A DNA stretch of 62,238 bases from Rhynchobatus australiae (taxonomy: Eukaryota). Every line of letters starts with the position of its first letter. Position 1 is the stretch's first letter. This document shows positions 1 through 14,297 of this stretch, in pieces. The stretch is from NCBI GenBank assembly GCA_034780895.1, contig JAUZTB010000068.1:19502290-19564527 (forward strand). Reading direction: 5' to 3'. The notes under the pieces were generated by a model that was given only the letters and a program-made list of their open reading frames with translations, had not been told where the DNA came from and made no database searches. The translations under genes and the position numbers were made by a program.

Positions 1-3000
1 AATACATATGCAAATATACTTGCATACATTTTATAACAAAGGAGTTTTCATCAAAACGTCATTGGACAATCCTTTGCAACAGGACAATATAACACATTTT
101 CAAGCTTGTCAATATAATGCAAGCTGCCTTCTGAAATGTATAATTTCAGAGGTAGTTTATCATTTTACAAACTTTAATAAATTTTCATTTACTATTTTGT
201 ATGTACACTGTCAGTTATGCTGAAATGCTAGCTTTGATATTGTCTACAATGTGTTGATGTTAGCGAATAATTGAACAAACTCCACACCTACATCATTGTG
301 TAATTGCGCATACTATGTGCATGCCTTGAGATAGTATTATTCACCTTCACCAGCCTGATGAGTTGCTTTCACTGGAACTGTTAATTCAGATTGATTTTGA
401 ATGCAGATCCCTCTCATGGCCTCACATTTCTGCTGAAATTTTAATGAAAAAGCTTTTACAAACTATCTCAGGTAGAATGTGTCTGTGAGTCAGGGAACAA
501 GATAGCTTGTTCCAGAAGACAAGGTGATTCAGATACCCCAAAAGACTTCAAAACCAATGAAATTCCTGCTCTATTTTGTGGAATGCAACATTCAATTTCA
601 GCACAGCAAAGTCTTACAAACCACAAGAAGGTAAAGACCAGTCGATTTATTTTGGTCAAGTCGTGCAACTGATAAATATTGACTAGCACATGAACAGCTT
701 AACCAATCAACCTGCAAAAGTCGCCCAGGTAACAGGAGCACCAGATAAAATAAATGGGGCCAGTGGGAGCCTCAGAACAGGTTCCTATTATAACTGAGGT
801 ACCAGCTTGTTCAGTTCATAGCCAATTCTAGTTAGAGAAGCAACGTTTAGTAGCTGGCAGATTCTGGCAGATTTGTATTCTCACCCTTTTTATTTTCCTG
901 ATCCACGGTGTTTATCACTTTATTTGATGACATGACTTTGGGGTTGGCTTCACCCAGAAACATGGTTACTTTCATTTCCTCCTCTTCCTTACCAGGTAGC
1001 AGGGCCAAGTGGAATGAGTTTTCACTATGGTCCGCTGCTAAAAGCATGGACTTGAATCCAGTTCTCTGGTATCATATTGAAATAAATATAGACACTGCTC
1101 TAAGTGATGAAGGAAAACTCTCCAAATCGACCACTGTTTACTTCTTACCCCACCATACAATCAGACAGGGCCTGTGCATTATCAGGTCTTAAATCAAACC
1201 ACCATCCCTTGGGGTAAAAGGTTAACCACTTTAAACAAACATTGCAATCCTAGGTACTGATTGCTTTGATAGGTGACCATTTTCTTTATTTTACCAAAAT
1301 ATTTATTTTTCTTCAACTATTAACTTTAACTAATTGTATGTGAATTGATTGCTTATTACTCAGTAATCCAGCACTATCCTGAAAACTATATCTGATCCTG
1401 CAAGCTGCTNNNNNNNNNNNNNNNNNNAATAAACATAGATACTATGTTTAGTGTTTAACCCATGAAAGCATTCCCATGGTACCTTTTAGCACAAGATATG
1501 GATATCTCTGGAAATACTATCAAATGTCAGTACATGATTACATCACTAGACATCTATGTCACAGCATGGAACGTACAGAAGGCCCCGCTGTTATGGAGCT
1601 AAATCACCATCTTGATGAATGTTTTTTTTTATTTTTGTTTTATGATTTTCTGTATGAATAAAACATAAATACAATGAAAGTAAAGAGGATCATTTTTTTG
1701 AGAGTAATTTTCATTTTGTTTTATGGAAGACATATTTATTAATGCAGGTTCTCTGCAGCTGGACAGGACATGGTGAGGGGGTAATATTTAATGAAACAGT
1801 AAAAATAGGCGTCCAATGTGAGCAATTTAGACTAGAATGTTTGAAAGCCTAGTTTTTAAGTACCAAATTTTCTCCCTAATGGTGCACTAACACAATTTGA
1901 ACCTGCCCATCATTTCTAAATTAGATATACCTGCAATATTAACACCCAGGCATTGATTAGACAACTTTTGCAAAGCAATCCATGTGGCCTAATTTGCTGA
2001 CTTCCACTGAATGTGTGAAGTGCACTGGTTGGCAGACCAGGGGCACATTCCAGGATGGCTTGGGAGTTGAGAGAGTGTGTTCAGAGGTTCTCAGTGGCAG
2101 CATTGGAGGTACTGGAGGAGATTCCGATGAAGATAGATGTGTCACGGGGGGAAGGAGACCACCTCATCCTCCTATTCCTTTCTCCTGCAACAGTTGCTTC
2201 AAAACACCACTTTAAAACTTAAGGAGCAAGTGAGCAGTAAAAGGTGACAAATCTTTAAGTAGCAATTGAAATTCCCTGTACCTACAACTTAACTTGCAGT
2301 CATTAAGTCATTATTATGTCATTATTATGAGAGGGCCTAAACCCTGGCTACCAAGATATTGTGAGCCTTCTCATTGAGAGCCGGGAGCTAATATAACTGG
2401 CAAATAGCTGTTTTATGAATCTCTGGCTACTTGATCCCTGTACAAGCATCAGCTGTTCTACCAACTTGGTGTTGCATGCTAAACATAAGCCAGACTTGAN
2501 NNNNNNNNNNNNNNNNNNNNNNNNNNNNNNNNNNNNNNNNNNNNNNNNNNNNNNNNNNNNNNNNNNNNNNNNNNNNNNNNNNNNNNNNNNNNNNNNNNNC
2601 TTGACCACCTCAGAATCTCTTAACCCCGATTCCTAAAGCAATGAATGAGAATTGCTCTCAGGGTGCTTTGTAACACAAATTGATTCATTGTCATTGTCAA
2701 TGCTGCCCCCTCACTTCTACTAAAGTGGGTTAGATGACATTACTATACGTCCTTCTCCCATGCATTGAGGGTATCCCACATTCCCACATGGAGACAAGTA
2801 TTTTTAGTCTATGAAGAAGATATGGATTTTTACCTCTGAAGCAAGACTCACTGCTTAGTAGAAAGAATTGATCAGAGAAGTCTACAATTATCCAGGTTGG
2901 ACTGAAGTATTGCAGGATACCTAAATCATATAAATACTGATCTTTTATTGACAAGCTGTAGTTAAGTCTATAGAGGGCTGTAATAACTATTGTGAGAAAT

Positions 3001-4959
3001 ATCATGGATTGCTATCAGGAAAGCTCACAACCAGAGTTAACTATCTTCCAACAAATTTACAACTGGGTACTTGCACTCTACCATCATCTGCAGTCTAATA
3101 ACATTTCCACTGAAGTAAAAAAAAACACAAAAAAATCAGGAAATCTCATAGCAATAGGTAGTAGGTAATTCTCCCATCTGCTATGCTTTCCCCACATTGG
3201 TGCAGGTTGTCATTCTAATTTCTTGGCAACAGACCTTCAGACAAGAAATTGTTCACAATGTAAGGGAGCATGGGATTATTTTCTCCAGTAGTTCACGTTT
3301 CAAAACACAGCAAGTAATTTAAAACCCTGCTGAAATATGTCATGTGAAAATGGTTCAAAAATAAAGTTTTGTCAATTTCCAAACTAGGACCATGACAAAG
3401 AGGAGAACAGGCCCTTTCCATAAGGAAATTGAATTGCATGAAATTAATGCAAGAATGCATTTTTTTAATATGTTGTGTATCCTTGCAGCATGCATCAGTT
3501 ACCAGGTCTGATCCCAGCATTCCCAGGAGAGAATTGACAAGGAGGAATCCCAGCAACTGCACAAACAAGAAGAGAGGGAGGAGCCTTAATCAAACATGAG
3601 ATAAATATTAACTCTTTCAAAGCTGTCTTCCTTGGGATTCTCTTATATCCTGTCATTACAGCTGTTGCAAACTCTGAGCGTATTTGTGACATAAACAACT
3701 CTGTTAAACCATCATAGAATATCTTCACAAAAATCAGCAACATTGATACTACAGTCAACAATCTTCTAATGTGTTTACATTTTACATATCAATCACGTGG
3801 AAAACCTGTGCATTGGCACCTTCACTGCCAACAAAAGGAATGCAGACTGAGAACTTCCCACTTGAATTTAAACATATAGCAATTATAATGCAATGTTACA
3901 ATTGGGCAGAGAGAAATATTTTATATATTTTTCTCAGAAATTGTTTTATTTCTTTAAGAGTTAGATTGCAAACCTATTTTGCTTAATTATCTGAAGACAA
4001 TACTAAATAATATATTTTCTGATATGAGCAACTTTTGGCTATGGCTTCTGTATCTTTTTTCAGCAGGCTCCATTTGTATCAGCATTGTAAATATTGGAAT
4101 ATATTTACACTCAACCTCTGCACTGCAGAAACAGGGATTATTATTCCAACTTGCTCCAAACTCAGCCTTCAGCTCTGGACATGAACTATAAACCCACAAA
4201 TCAGAAGTCTGGGCACAGCTCTGCCTTCACTTTATCGTCCAAATTCTGTTTGCAAATATTTAGCATGACTCATACTTTGCCGTGTGTTTTGGAGTGCAGC
4301 AGAGCGAACTTTACTGTGCTGTCATCAATTGCACAGAAGGCAGCTAGTGACACTGATCCTCATGTAACACTGATCAGACATCAGTGTCCACTGCCTAACT
4401 GCTCCATGTAACCCGAGAGCTGTCTACCTCACTAAAATCATTTGCAGTGATTCATGAAGGTAGATCCTTGCCACCTTCTTGAGGATGATGAAGGGATACA
4501 TAAATGACAATGCCTACATCTCATGAATAAATAAAATACACTTCATGCCACAAAGTTCCTATCTTATCTTCCTTCTGCTACTGATTACTTTGTCATTCAC
4601 TTAACCAAAAATGAGGATGACCAAACCAAATCAGCATCCTAAATATTATTTATTCATTCAGTCAAGACTAAAAAAAAGTAACAGCTAATGAGCCTCATGT
4701 AAACCCTTGGTACTTGTCCCCTGTATGCCTTTACCAGCCCACTGAATCCCCAAAAACAACATCCAGGGATCATCATTGACTTGAAACATAACTGGACCAG
4801 CTGCATGAATAGTAACAGGAAGATCAACAGCTGGGGACTCTGCAGCTAGTGTCACCAAAGCCCCTCCATTACCTACAAGGAACGTCAGGAGTGGAGGCAA
4901 ATATACTTCACTTGCCTGGAGTTAAATACAGGAAGTTTAACACTACCTAGGAAAAAGCA

Positions 4960-5380
4960 GCCTGCTTGATTGGTACCCTATCCGGTTTAAACATTCATTT
5001 TCTCCATCACTGTTTCCAGTGGCTACAATGTCCATCATCAATAAGATGCACAGAAGCAATTGAGCAGGAATTCATCAACAGCACCACCCAGACCAACAGC
5101 TTCTATAAATTATTGGGACAAGGGAAGCAAATATATGAAAATATCACCACCTCCAAGTTCCTCCAGAATACACATTGTGCTGACTTTGAAAGTGTTCACA
5201 CCTCCTTCCTCACTAGGTTCTGAAACTCCCTCCCTAACACTATTCAAATACCCTCATCACAAGGACAGCATCAGTTAAAGTGCCAGACCAGCAGCATCTA
5301 CTCAAGAACTAATAGGATTTGGCAATAAATCATAGCTTTAGCCAGCAACACCCACATCCTGTGGATCCATGAAATATAAA
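4960..5380 (+). mobile_element. Degenerate 3' end of an old non-LTR retrotransposon (CR1/L2 clade)
   Basis: caccacctccaagttcctcc...gaaactccctccctaaca...ggcaataaat...gccagcaacacccacatcc...aaaa resembles a recalled elasmobranch LINE tail. A second similar tail lies at about 4440-4540. Confidence 0.5.
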
Positions 5381-5547
5381 ACAAGAAACCAATAGGAGGG
5401 ATACAAGAAGAATTAAACCAAAAGCAACAGTCTAAAATTAATTGAAAAGAAAAATGTGTTCTTGAGAAGAGATTTGAAGGAAAGAATGTAATGTACAAAA
5501 CTTAAAAATAAATTGTGGGAGCTGTAGACTTTGTATTTTAAACCCAA

Positions 5548-5822
5548 GGACATTGATTTAAACTGAGAGGGGAAAGATTTAAAAGGGATCTGAGGGGAAA
5601 CTTTTTCATACAGAGGCTGGTGGGTTTATGGAACGAGCTACCAGAGGAAGCTATAGAGGCGGATACAATTGCAGTGTTTAAAAGATATCCAAGTACCTGG
5701 ATAGAAAAGTTTTATAGGGATATGGGCCAAATGCAGGCAAATGGAACCAGCTTGGATGGACATCTCTGGTCAGCATGAACAAGTTGGCCAAAGTGCCTGT
5801 TTCCCTGCTGTATAATCTATAA
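5548..5822 (+). mobile_element. CR1 LINE 3' fragment
   Basis: Translates GH*FKLRGERFKRDLRGNFFIQRLVGLWNELPEEAIEADTIAVFKR (CR1 ORF2 C-terminus), followed by a CR1-type 3' UTR ending gcctgtttccctgctgtataatctata. Confidence 0.88.
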
Positions 5823-7360
5823 CGAGGGTAAATGTTGCTGGCACAATTGGAAATAGGGAAAATGCAAGGTATGCAGAAGATACCAAGGAATGTGAGGCAA
5901 ATTTTATTTAATCAAAAAGGGGTTATAATCTTGAACTAACTAATTATAAAGGTGGTGCAATCAAACATTCAGGGCTTTGAAATAAAACTAAACTAGGCAC
6001 TAGAGAGAAAATACTTTTTTAGGATTATAGGGACAAAGGAGGGGAATGGGACTGAATGGATCACTCTGGTTTCCCTTTGTGCTGTTAAGATTCTAAGAAG
6101 ACCTTTATATATTTTGGATAAATTCTAGCAAAAGTTGGAGCAGAAAATACATCTGGGAGAAATTGTATTTAGCTGAGATGTACATTAAGTTGGCTGAAAT
6201 AAATTGTTTAAAAAATTAAAACATAAAAAGCATTGAAACATGATACATTTATTTTAAAACAAGCTAAGAGTATAGATATGAATTAAATAATTAAGATTGA
6301 GTAAAATAAAAAGAAACACACAAACTACTCAGCTATTCATATGTTTTTAGTCCAGGTTAGTATCTCATCCAACCCCAAACCCACATATGTGATGCAGCAT
6401 TAATGTGGAAGATAAAGAACAACATGTGAATTCAGTAAATGATGTAAATATTGTACACGTAGTCAACAAGCAAAGGGAATTAAATCAAATTCATGAATGT
6501 TATGTCTTAAATATTGGGTCTAAGCAATTTTTGTGAGATCTCTTCAATTTTGACAGCAATGTGTATTGTGGGAATTCCACTGTGAATGTAAGTTGCAGAG
6601 TTGTCTTTGAAGTATTATATCAGATGTGAAACACCAGAGGGTNNNNNNNNNNNNNNNNNNNNNNNNNNNNNNNNNNNNNNNNNNNNNNNNNNNNNNNNNN
6701 NNNNNNNNNNNNNNNNNNNNNNNNNNNNNNNNNNNNNNNNNNNNNNNNNNNNNNNNNNNNNNNNNNNNNNNNNNNNNNNNNNNNNNNNNNNNNNNNNNNN
6801 NNNNNNNNNNNNNNNNNNNNNNNNNNNNNNNNNNNNNNNNNNNNNNNNNNNNNNNNNNNNNNNNNNNNNNNNNNNNNNNNNNNNNNNNNNNNNNNNNNNN
6901 NNNNNNNNNNNNNNNNNNNNNNNNNNNNNNNNNNNNNNNNNNNNNNNNNNNNNNNNNNNNNNNNNNNNNNNNNNNNNNNNNNNNNNNNNNNNNNNNNNNN
7001 NNNNNNNNNNNNNNNNNNNNNNNNNNNNNNNNNNNNNNNNNNNNNNNNNNNNNNNNNNNNNNNNNNNNNNNNNNNNNNNNNNNNNNNNNNNNNNNNNNNN
7101 NNNNNNNNNNNNNNNNNNNNNNNNNNNNNNNNNNNNNNNNNNNNNNNNNNNNNNNNNNNNNNNNNNNNNNNNNNNNNNNNNNNNNNNNNNNNNNNNNNNC
7201 ATAAATGTTTTATGTTTCAATTTATTTTGATAATTTTTTAATCATTGTATTTTACTTCAAACAGTCACAAAAGGTCCAGAGACAGAGCCTTGGGATCTGC
7301 CACCTTCGGTCTAATTGCTACCCAGGGACTACAGCAACATTCAGGTCTGGTGCTCAACTT

Positions 7361-7600
7361 CATAGAATCATAGAAGGGTTACAGAAAAGAAGGAGGCATT
7401 TTGGCCCAACATTTACATGCATACCAGAACAACTGACCTCTTTGACCCACTTGCCCTATTTCTGTAGTATTGCATGTTCTTCTCAACTGAAAATTTATCC
7501 AATTCCCTCTTGAAGTCCAGAATGGAACCTGCCTCCCCCACAACTGCAGGCAGGACATTCCAGATTCCATTTCCAGGACCACACAAGGTTAGTGCAGATG
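7361..7600 (-). mobile_element. CR1 LINE 3' fragment
   Basis: Minus-strand GIWNVLPAVVGEAGSILDFKRELDKF plus (catagaat)n tail on the + strand. Confidence 0.75.
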
Positions 7601-9964
7601 CAGTGACAGTGTAGGGTGAACGTGAAAAGTGGTTAGATAAAGCACACTCCAGTTCATAAGAAAACAAAGAGGAGAAGACGTTAATGTGAAAGAGGAATAA
7701 AAATGTGATCTGCAGATATATTTAGTGTGCAGAAAGAATTTATCACAATGAGTCGACAGTAAATAAGGATAAAACCACTGAAGATATCTCAGAGTCAAAA
7801 AGAGTCTTGAAAAGGGAGAAAATGTCCAATTGTATGAGAATTCAAGTAATGAATCGGGCAAGGTCTACAAAGGTAGTTTAAGAATCCCTTATGCATAGAT
7901 GATAAGNNNNNNNNNNNNNNNNNNNNNNNNNNNNNNNNNNNNNNNNNNNNNNNNNNNNNNNNNNNNNNNNNNNNNNNNNNNNNNNNNNNNNNNNNNNNNN
8001 NNNNNNNNNNNNNNNNNNNNNNNNNNNNNNNNNNNNNNNNNNNNNNNNNNNNNNNNNNNNNNNNNNNNNNNNNNNNNNNNNNNNNNNNNNNNNNNNNNNN
8101 NNNNNNNNNNNNNNNNNNNNNNNNNNNNNNNNNNNNNNNNNNNNNNNNNNNNNNNNNNNNNNNNNNNNNNNNNNNNNNNNNNNNNNNNNNNNNNNNNNNN
8201 NNNNNNNNNNNNNNNNNNNNNNNNNNNNNNNNNNNNNNNNNNNNNNNNNNNNNNNNNNNNNNNNNNNNNNNNNNNNNNNNNNNNNNNNNNNNNNNNNNNN
8301 NNNNNNNNNNNNNNNNNNNNNNNNNNNNNNNTTCCAAGTAACAATGTGAGAAATGTATTTAAAACAATGCTCAGAGACTGAAGAAGAGACCACCTGGCAA
8401 GCACAGATTAACAGAGTGGGAGATAGAGTTTGGTAAATATTCTGGATATTGTATTGATTTTGTCAGCCTTATGAACAAGTGTAAGACATTGAACATTATT
8501 TATCATTAAAAAATATTGCTGTTCATGGTTCCATTCCACATGATATATAGACATCTATTAAAATTTACTAGTGGAAAGAAAATAATAAGTAGAAGTAAAG
8601 TAAGAATGGGAAGGCATTAACTAAGTGGTGGGATCACTGTTATTCATCACGTTTATAAATGGAATCAGTTCAAAGTTGTCTATGTTTGCAGATAACACTA
8701 AAATGGGTGCACTGAGGAAAGATTACAGCCTCAAAAGGTTTTTGAGATATTGATCCAGAATTAATGATCATTCACTACTAACCTCAAAGAAAGTTTCTCA
8801 CAAAAATATTTTTGGTGAGAACTTCCCCTTATTAACCTCTGTTGATGTCTTCTGCCAGTTCAAGTAGATCACCAGTTTCCAGCAGCCAATTACATCAAAG
8901 AATTCTCACAGCCTACAAGGAAAGATGATGCACATTTAAAAAAAAATGCTTCTAAACNNNNNNNNNNNNNNNNNNNNNNNNNNNNNNNNNNNNNNNNNNN
9001 NNNNNNNNNNNNNNNNNNNNNNNNNNNNNNNNNNNNNNNNNNNNNNNNNNNNNNNNNAATGCTTCTAAACATTTTATAAATTGTTAAATCCAATTTGGAA
9101 TATAACAAATCATTAAGATAGTATCTGCAATATCACAAATAACCTTTTTTTAAATTAAGTTTTAAATGCCTTAAATTTGAAATATCAATGTCATAGAATT
9201 AAATGAAAGATAAATAAATATTGTTTTTTTTACAGTTAAATACTTCGCCAAAGAGTAATTTTGACTGAATGTGAAATTAAAACCTTGTTTACATGAAGAA
9301 GATTTTCAGGGTATTTTCTTAAGTAATTCTTAAGTAGTTTAACTTAATATGAATTTAGATGACTATCTGTCATTCAGATCTGTCATTCATCTGTTAATTC
9401 AGATGACCAGCCTACCGAGGAATGCTGAACCATTCACTTCAATTTTTGGAGTTCCGCGTTAAACTAGGAAAGTGCAGAAATCCCAAAACTGCTATCAGTT
9501 TCACAGTGTGTTAAAGGTAGTATTGGTAATTTCATCCTTATTACTACATGAAAATCTGAACCAAAAACATGGGTTTGTGGACAGAAAAATAGCAGATATG
9601 AGTAAAAATGAAGTAATGATTTTTTTAAAAGGAAGAATTAACATAGAACGAGTATCCAATAGGCATAAATAGAAGGCATCGACGTAGAGAGGTGATCTTG
9701 AAATATTTGAATAGGAATCTGGCATTGTTAACTTTAGTATTGCCAAGTGGTGTTAAAAAAGCATGGGCCACATAACAAAGGGTGCCAGGTATAAATTGAA
9801 CGAAGAGATTCTGAATTTGTATATTGTTTTGGTAAAATATTTCAGGGATATCTCATGTTTTGTTTAGCCTGAAAATTCAAAAGGAATATGCTATGAGGGA
9901 AGAATGATTGGTGGGAGCTTGTTAGAAAACCAAATGTTAAAGAGATGAAAAGAAATTGAAAATC

Positions 9965-10120
9965 TAAAATATGCAGATGCTGGAAATCTGAAATAAAGCA
10001 GAAAATGATGGAAATATATAGAAAGTCAGGCAATATCAGTGGGAAAAGAAAAGAGTCAGTGTTTCAGATAGAAGACCTGCTGACCTGCAAAATGTTTCCA
10101 CCATTTTCTGCTTTTATTGA
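9965..10120. mobile_element. Short Penelope-derived fold-back element
   Basis: tgcagatgctggaaatctgaaataaagcagaaaatgatggaaat followed by its inverted copy tttccaccattttctgcttttatt. Same family as 10628, 35155 and 50692. Confidence 0.6.
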
Positions 10121-10627
10121 TGAAAAGAGGTTGTTCAGCCTAGATGTCTTCTTTCTGGTTAATACTTGTCAGAACTTTTTAAGATAATGAAGGTGGAGGT
10201 AGGTAGGTAGATATGCAAGGGAATGAAAGGTGACAGTGGATAGACAGGGATGCACTGTCAACAGAGATGAAGTTATAATGAGATCAACATTATGGCCCAA
10301 CACCTGCTCCTAATTTGTATACTCTTATGATTCAGCAAGATGGGAAAATAGATGTTTCTTCATGATGAACTAAAGATTGAGGATGGTAAAAATTAAAATA
10401 AATAAGCAATTCAACCAATGGGTGCTCTAAGTAAGTTTATTTTCCAAAAGGATGATCAGTATGTGAAACTAACTGCATTGCATACATCTGAAAAGGAAAC
10501 TTTAACTCGATGGACTCTTATCTTTTAAAGGGATTAATAGCTACTAAACTTATAAATAGTATTTCACAGGAATGAAAGACAGAAAATGAATGAACAAATC
10601 AATTGTACCAAAGAAATTTTTTTAAAA

Positions 10628-10795
10628 ACTGCTGATACTGGAAATCCAAAACAAACACAAGGAATGCTGGAATCTTCAGCCAGTTAGGTTGCATCTGTGG
10701 GAAGAGAAAATAACTACAACATTGACTCTATTTCTCTTCCCACCCATGCAGCCTGAGCAGCTGAATATTTCCAGCATTTTCTGGGTTTGTTTGAA
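10628..10795. mobile_element. Short Penelope-derived fold-back element
   Basis: aatgctggaatcttcagc...gcatctgtgggaagagaaa is inverted as tttctcttcccacccatgc...gctgaatatttccagcatt. Confidence 0.6.
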
Positions 10796-12739
10796 ATTAT
10801 ACCTAAGATTTCCTACTCCTGATTTTTTTTTCTTGGCATAATGATGGAATTATTTACGTATTTAAAAACATCAACACATTGCTATGGCATTGGTCTGCCT
10901 GCGAATCTAACATATATAAGCAGGTGAATATATTAAAACACCTCAATATGTAAGTGTCACCAAAANNNNNNNNNNNNNNNNNNNNNNNNNNNNNNNNNNN
11001 NNNNNNNNNNNNNNNNNNNNNNNNNNNNNNNNNNNNNNNNNNNNNNNNNNNNNNNNNNNNNNNNNNNNNNNNNNNNNNNNNNNNNNNNNNNNNNNNNNNN
11101 NNNNNNNNNNNNNNNNNNNNNNNNNNNNNNNNNNNNNNNNNNNNNNNNNNNNNNNNNNNNNNNNNNNNNNNNNNNNNNNNNNNNNNNNNNNNNNNNNNNN
11201 NNNNNNNNNNNNNNNNNNNNNNNNNNNNNNAGCTTTCAGGATATTGGTCAGTGCCTGATGTGATTTAACAGTTTATTAAGATAAATTTATGACTCATAAT
11301 CTAAGTCTTAGGCCACAAATGATTTGAAATAAGCAAGTTTCACTATAAAAGCACAGGAACCAGAAACACTCAGAATGATTTATTGACTTCCACTGGCATT
11401 GAAAATACTCTTGCAGCTGCGTACAAGGTTGCCTGTGTTTTTCACATACTATAATCATTTAATGCAAAGATAACAGATACATACACGATAGTACAATTCT
11501 GAGAAAACCTTGATGTCTGAGATGGTTTTGTTTAAACTCATTGCTAATTGGGTAAGTTCTACAAATTCCAATGTGGCAAGACACTTAAGGGAGGTTGTTG
11601 CTAAAGTAAAGGATTCAAACTTCCATTTTTTTAAACTGAAATAAATGAAACCACAGTTAGTTGTGGAGGAGGGCTGCTTACTGAGCAATCTGTACCAGAG
11701 AGAGACAGCACAAACTTCATAGGGAAACTGACTTTGAAAAGCTCTCTCCTTCCAAACCCTGGCAAGGAGAGAAACATAAACAAAAGACACAGTGATAACG
11801 ATAGAGAGAAAATACAGAATAATGGAGAGAAAGACAGGCAAGAAAATGTCACACAGACAGACAAAAGACACACGTACATAAAGAGCAAATCTGTTTTTTT
11901 TTAATAAATCACGTTTGATTTNNNNNNNNNNNNNNNNNNNNNNNNNNNNNNNNNNNNNNNNNNNNNNNNNNNNNNNNNNNNNNNNNNNNNNNNNNNNNNN
12001 NNNNNNNNNNNNNNNNNNNNNGTTTGATTTTAAATTTTTACCATTCAATTAAACTTCTGATTTTGGAGAAGAGGTGTGTTTGAAGGCACTAAAAAGTAAA
12101 CATTTGCCAGACAGTCTCCATTTGCAGCCCTGATACTTAAATATCATATCAAATAGGATGCTTTGTTATAAGTTTTGACAATACTTATACCCTCATGTAA
12201 AATGCTTTGATGTGGCAGACTACCTTATCCATACTACTTTATTGTCTCCTTATATCAAGAAGTCAATTCAGCTTACCCTGCATAGGAAATGTGAAAAACA
12301 AGCATGAAACAGGGGAGCTGATACTCATAATCAGCAAACATTATGACAGGTTATACCAAGGTCATTTAGGTCTCCTTAAAGATATGATGATAGCACTGTT
12401 CAACTGGACTATTTTCTACTTTACCTGGTTATACACGGTACACTCCATGTAAGGAGAAGGATGAAGAATATTACAGTATGGGTAAAATCGCAACTTGTGT
12501 AGATAATAGATAGTCAGCCCTAAGTTATCAACAAATGTTATGCACACGTCCAGCAAATTCTAACTTCAGGATTATAGTCAAAGTTTACAGTCAGTGACCC
12601 TTCAGGTAAGTCATTACTATAATTGGAAAGTAGTTCATAAAACAGACGCTTTATTAATTGGCTGTAAAGCACTTTGGGNNNNNNNNNNNNNNNNNNNNNN
12701 NNNNNNNNNNNNNNNNNNNNNNNNNNNNNNNNTGAATAA

Positions 12740-12860
12740 GGTTCTTCCTTCCTTCTGTCCCTCTCTCCCTCTCTCTTACTCTTTCATTCCTTTCTTCTTT
12801 CTTTCCTTCCTTCCTTCCTCTCATTCTTCTGTCTCTCACTAATCTCTTCCTTTCTTCCTT
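12740..12860. repeat. Degenerate (TTCC/CT)n polypyrimidine microsatellite
   Basis: ttcttccttccttctgtccctctctccctctctc...ctttccttccttccttcctctc seen directly. Confidence 0.8.
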
Positions 12861-14297
12861 CAAGCATTCATTTGCAGTGGTCACTGCATGGATTAACCAT
12901 GAACTTGATTCCAAGAACAATCAATGAATAAAATGGAGACGCCTGTTAAAATACAGTAGCCCTTGGATGGTGATCTCACTAGAATGGCCCACATCAAGAG
13001 ATACCTGGACAAAAGTGGAAATCCTTCTGTTCAATACATCCAAGCATCTTTATCCATAGTCAGACTATGGTATTTTAATGAAAGATTGATTCATCTACTG
13101 AATGATCTTGATCTCTTGGCATTTCAGTTCCAAAGACCATCAGGGAACAACCAAGGCAACTGATAATGGAGACAAAAGTAGCTGATTCCACAGCTCCAGC
13201 AACATGCAGCGCCCTTCCATGTGACAGTAGTTCCCCAGATCAGTCCCATTTGATGAGCCAGTTAAAATAGAAAATATCAAGTCAATATTATAACGTCAAT
13301 AAGACTATTCATGGTGTGAGGGTTCCAAACCTCTTGATTTTTATTTTATGCAGAATGTATAGATTTATTTGGTTAGCAGTTCAGTGTAACTCATTTCCTG
13401 TTTCACTTTACAGGATTTTTCAATTCTATTTATGACCTGTAATAACCTTTCACTAGAGTGTTGGGCACTAGTATTTACCTACTAACTAAATTTCCAAAGT
13501 TTACTGAGTGTGAAAAATGGCATCATAATTAGTTGCATTCTTCAGCATGATATTGTTAACTAGTCATTCACTTTGAATCTTGCATTGAAAAATTGCAAAC
13601 CTTCTATTGCCCTTATCAATGTAATATTAAGGGAGTGCTATACTAATGTTGTACCAACAATGAAGCATTATAATGTCCACACAAGTAGACGCAGACGATC
13701 CCACCACACAATTCCAAAGAGAATTGAGGGAGTAGTCCTTGTACCATGACCACTATTTATTCCTTTTCTGATATACTTTAAAAAGATTATTTGGTCGTTA
13801 TCACGTTGCTGTTTGTGGGACCTTGCAGTACACAAATGGAACTGGGACTACACCTCAAAAGTACTCCAGCAAAATACTGTAGATGCTGGAAACCTGAGAT
13901 AAAAGTGCAGGAAATCTCAGCAAGTCAGGCAGTGTTTGTGGAAACAGAAACACAGCTAGCATTTCAAGTTGATAACCTTGGACACATTTGCCTCTTTCCT
14001 GTTTACAGAGCTGTCAATTCACTGAAAACACAATAAATTAGCACCTCTACTCACAAATAAATTTCAAACAAGTACAGCAAATGATCAAATATTAATGTTC
14101 CATAATTTAGTTTTAGATCTTATTTTTCAGATTGCTTCTGCAAACATGAGTAATCCATTACACATGGAAATAACATTTATTTCCAGTGTCTCTTTGTCCA
14201 TTTTATTTTTTCCCCTTTTTTTTTAGGACCTGGGATGGTGTTTGTTCATTTCTTGCTCTCATAATCTTCTCTGAAGTTCTCATTGTCTGTGCAAGCT

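Noticed and set aside
11455-12048. Hydrophobic membrane-protein-like ORF
   Set aside because: It derives from a low-complexity GA/CA-rich tract and spans a gap; no splice or homology support.
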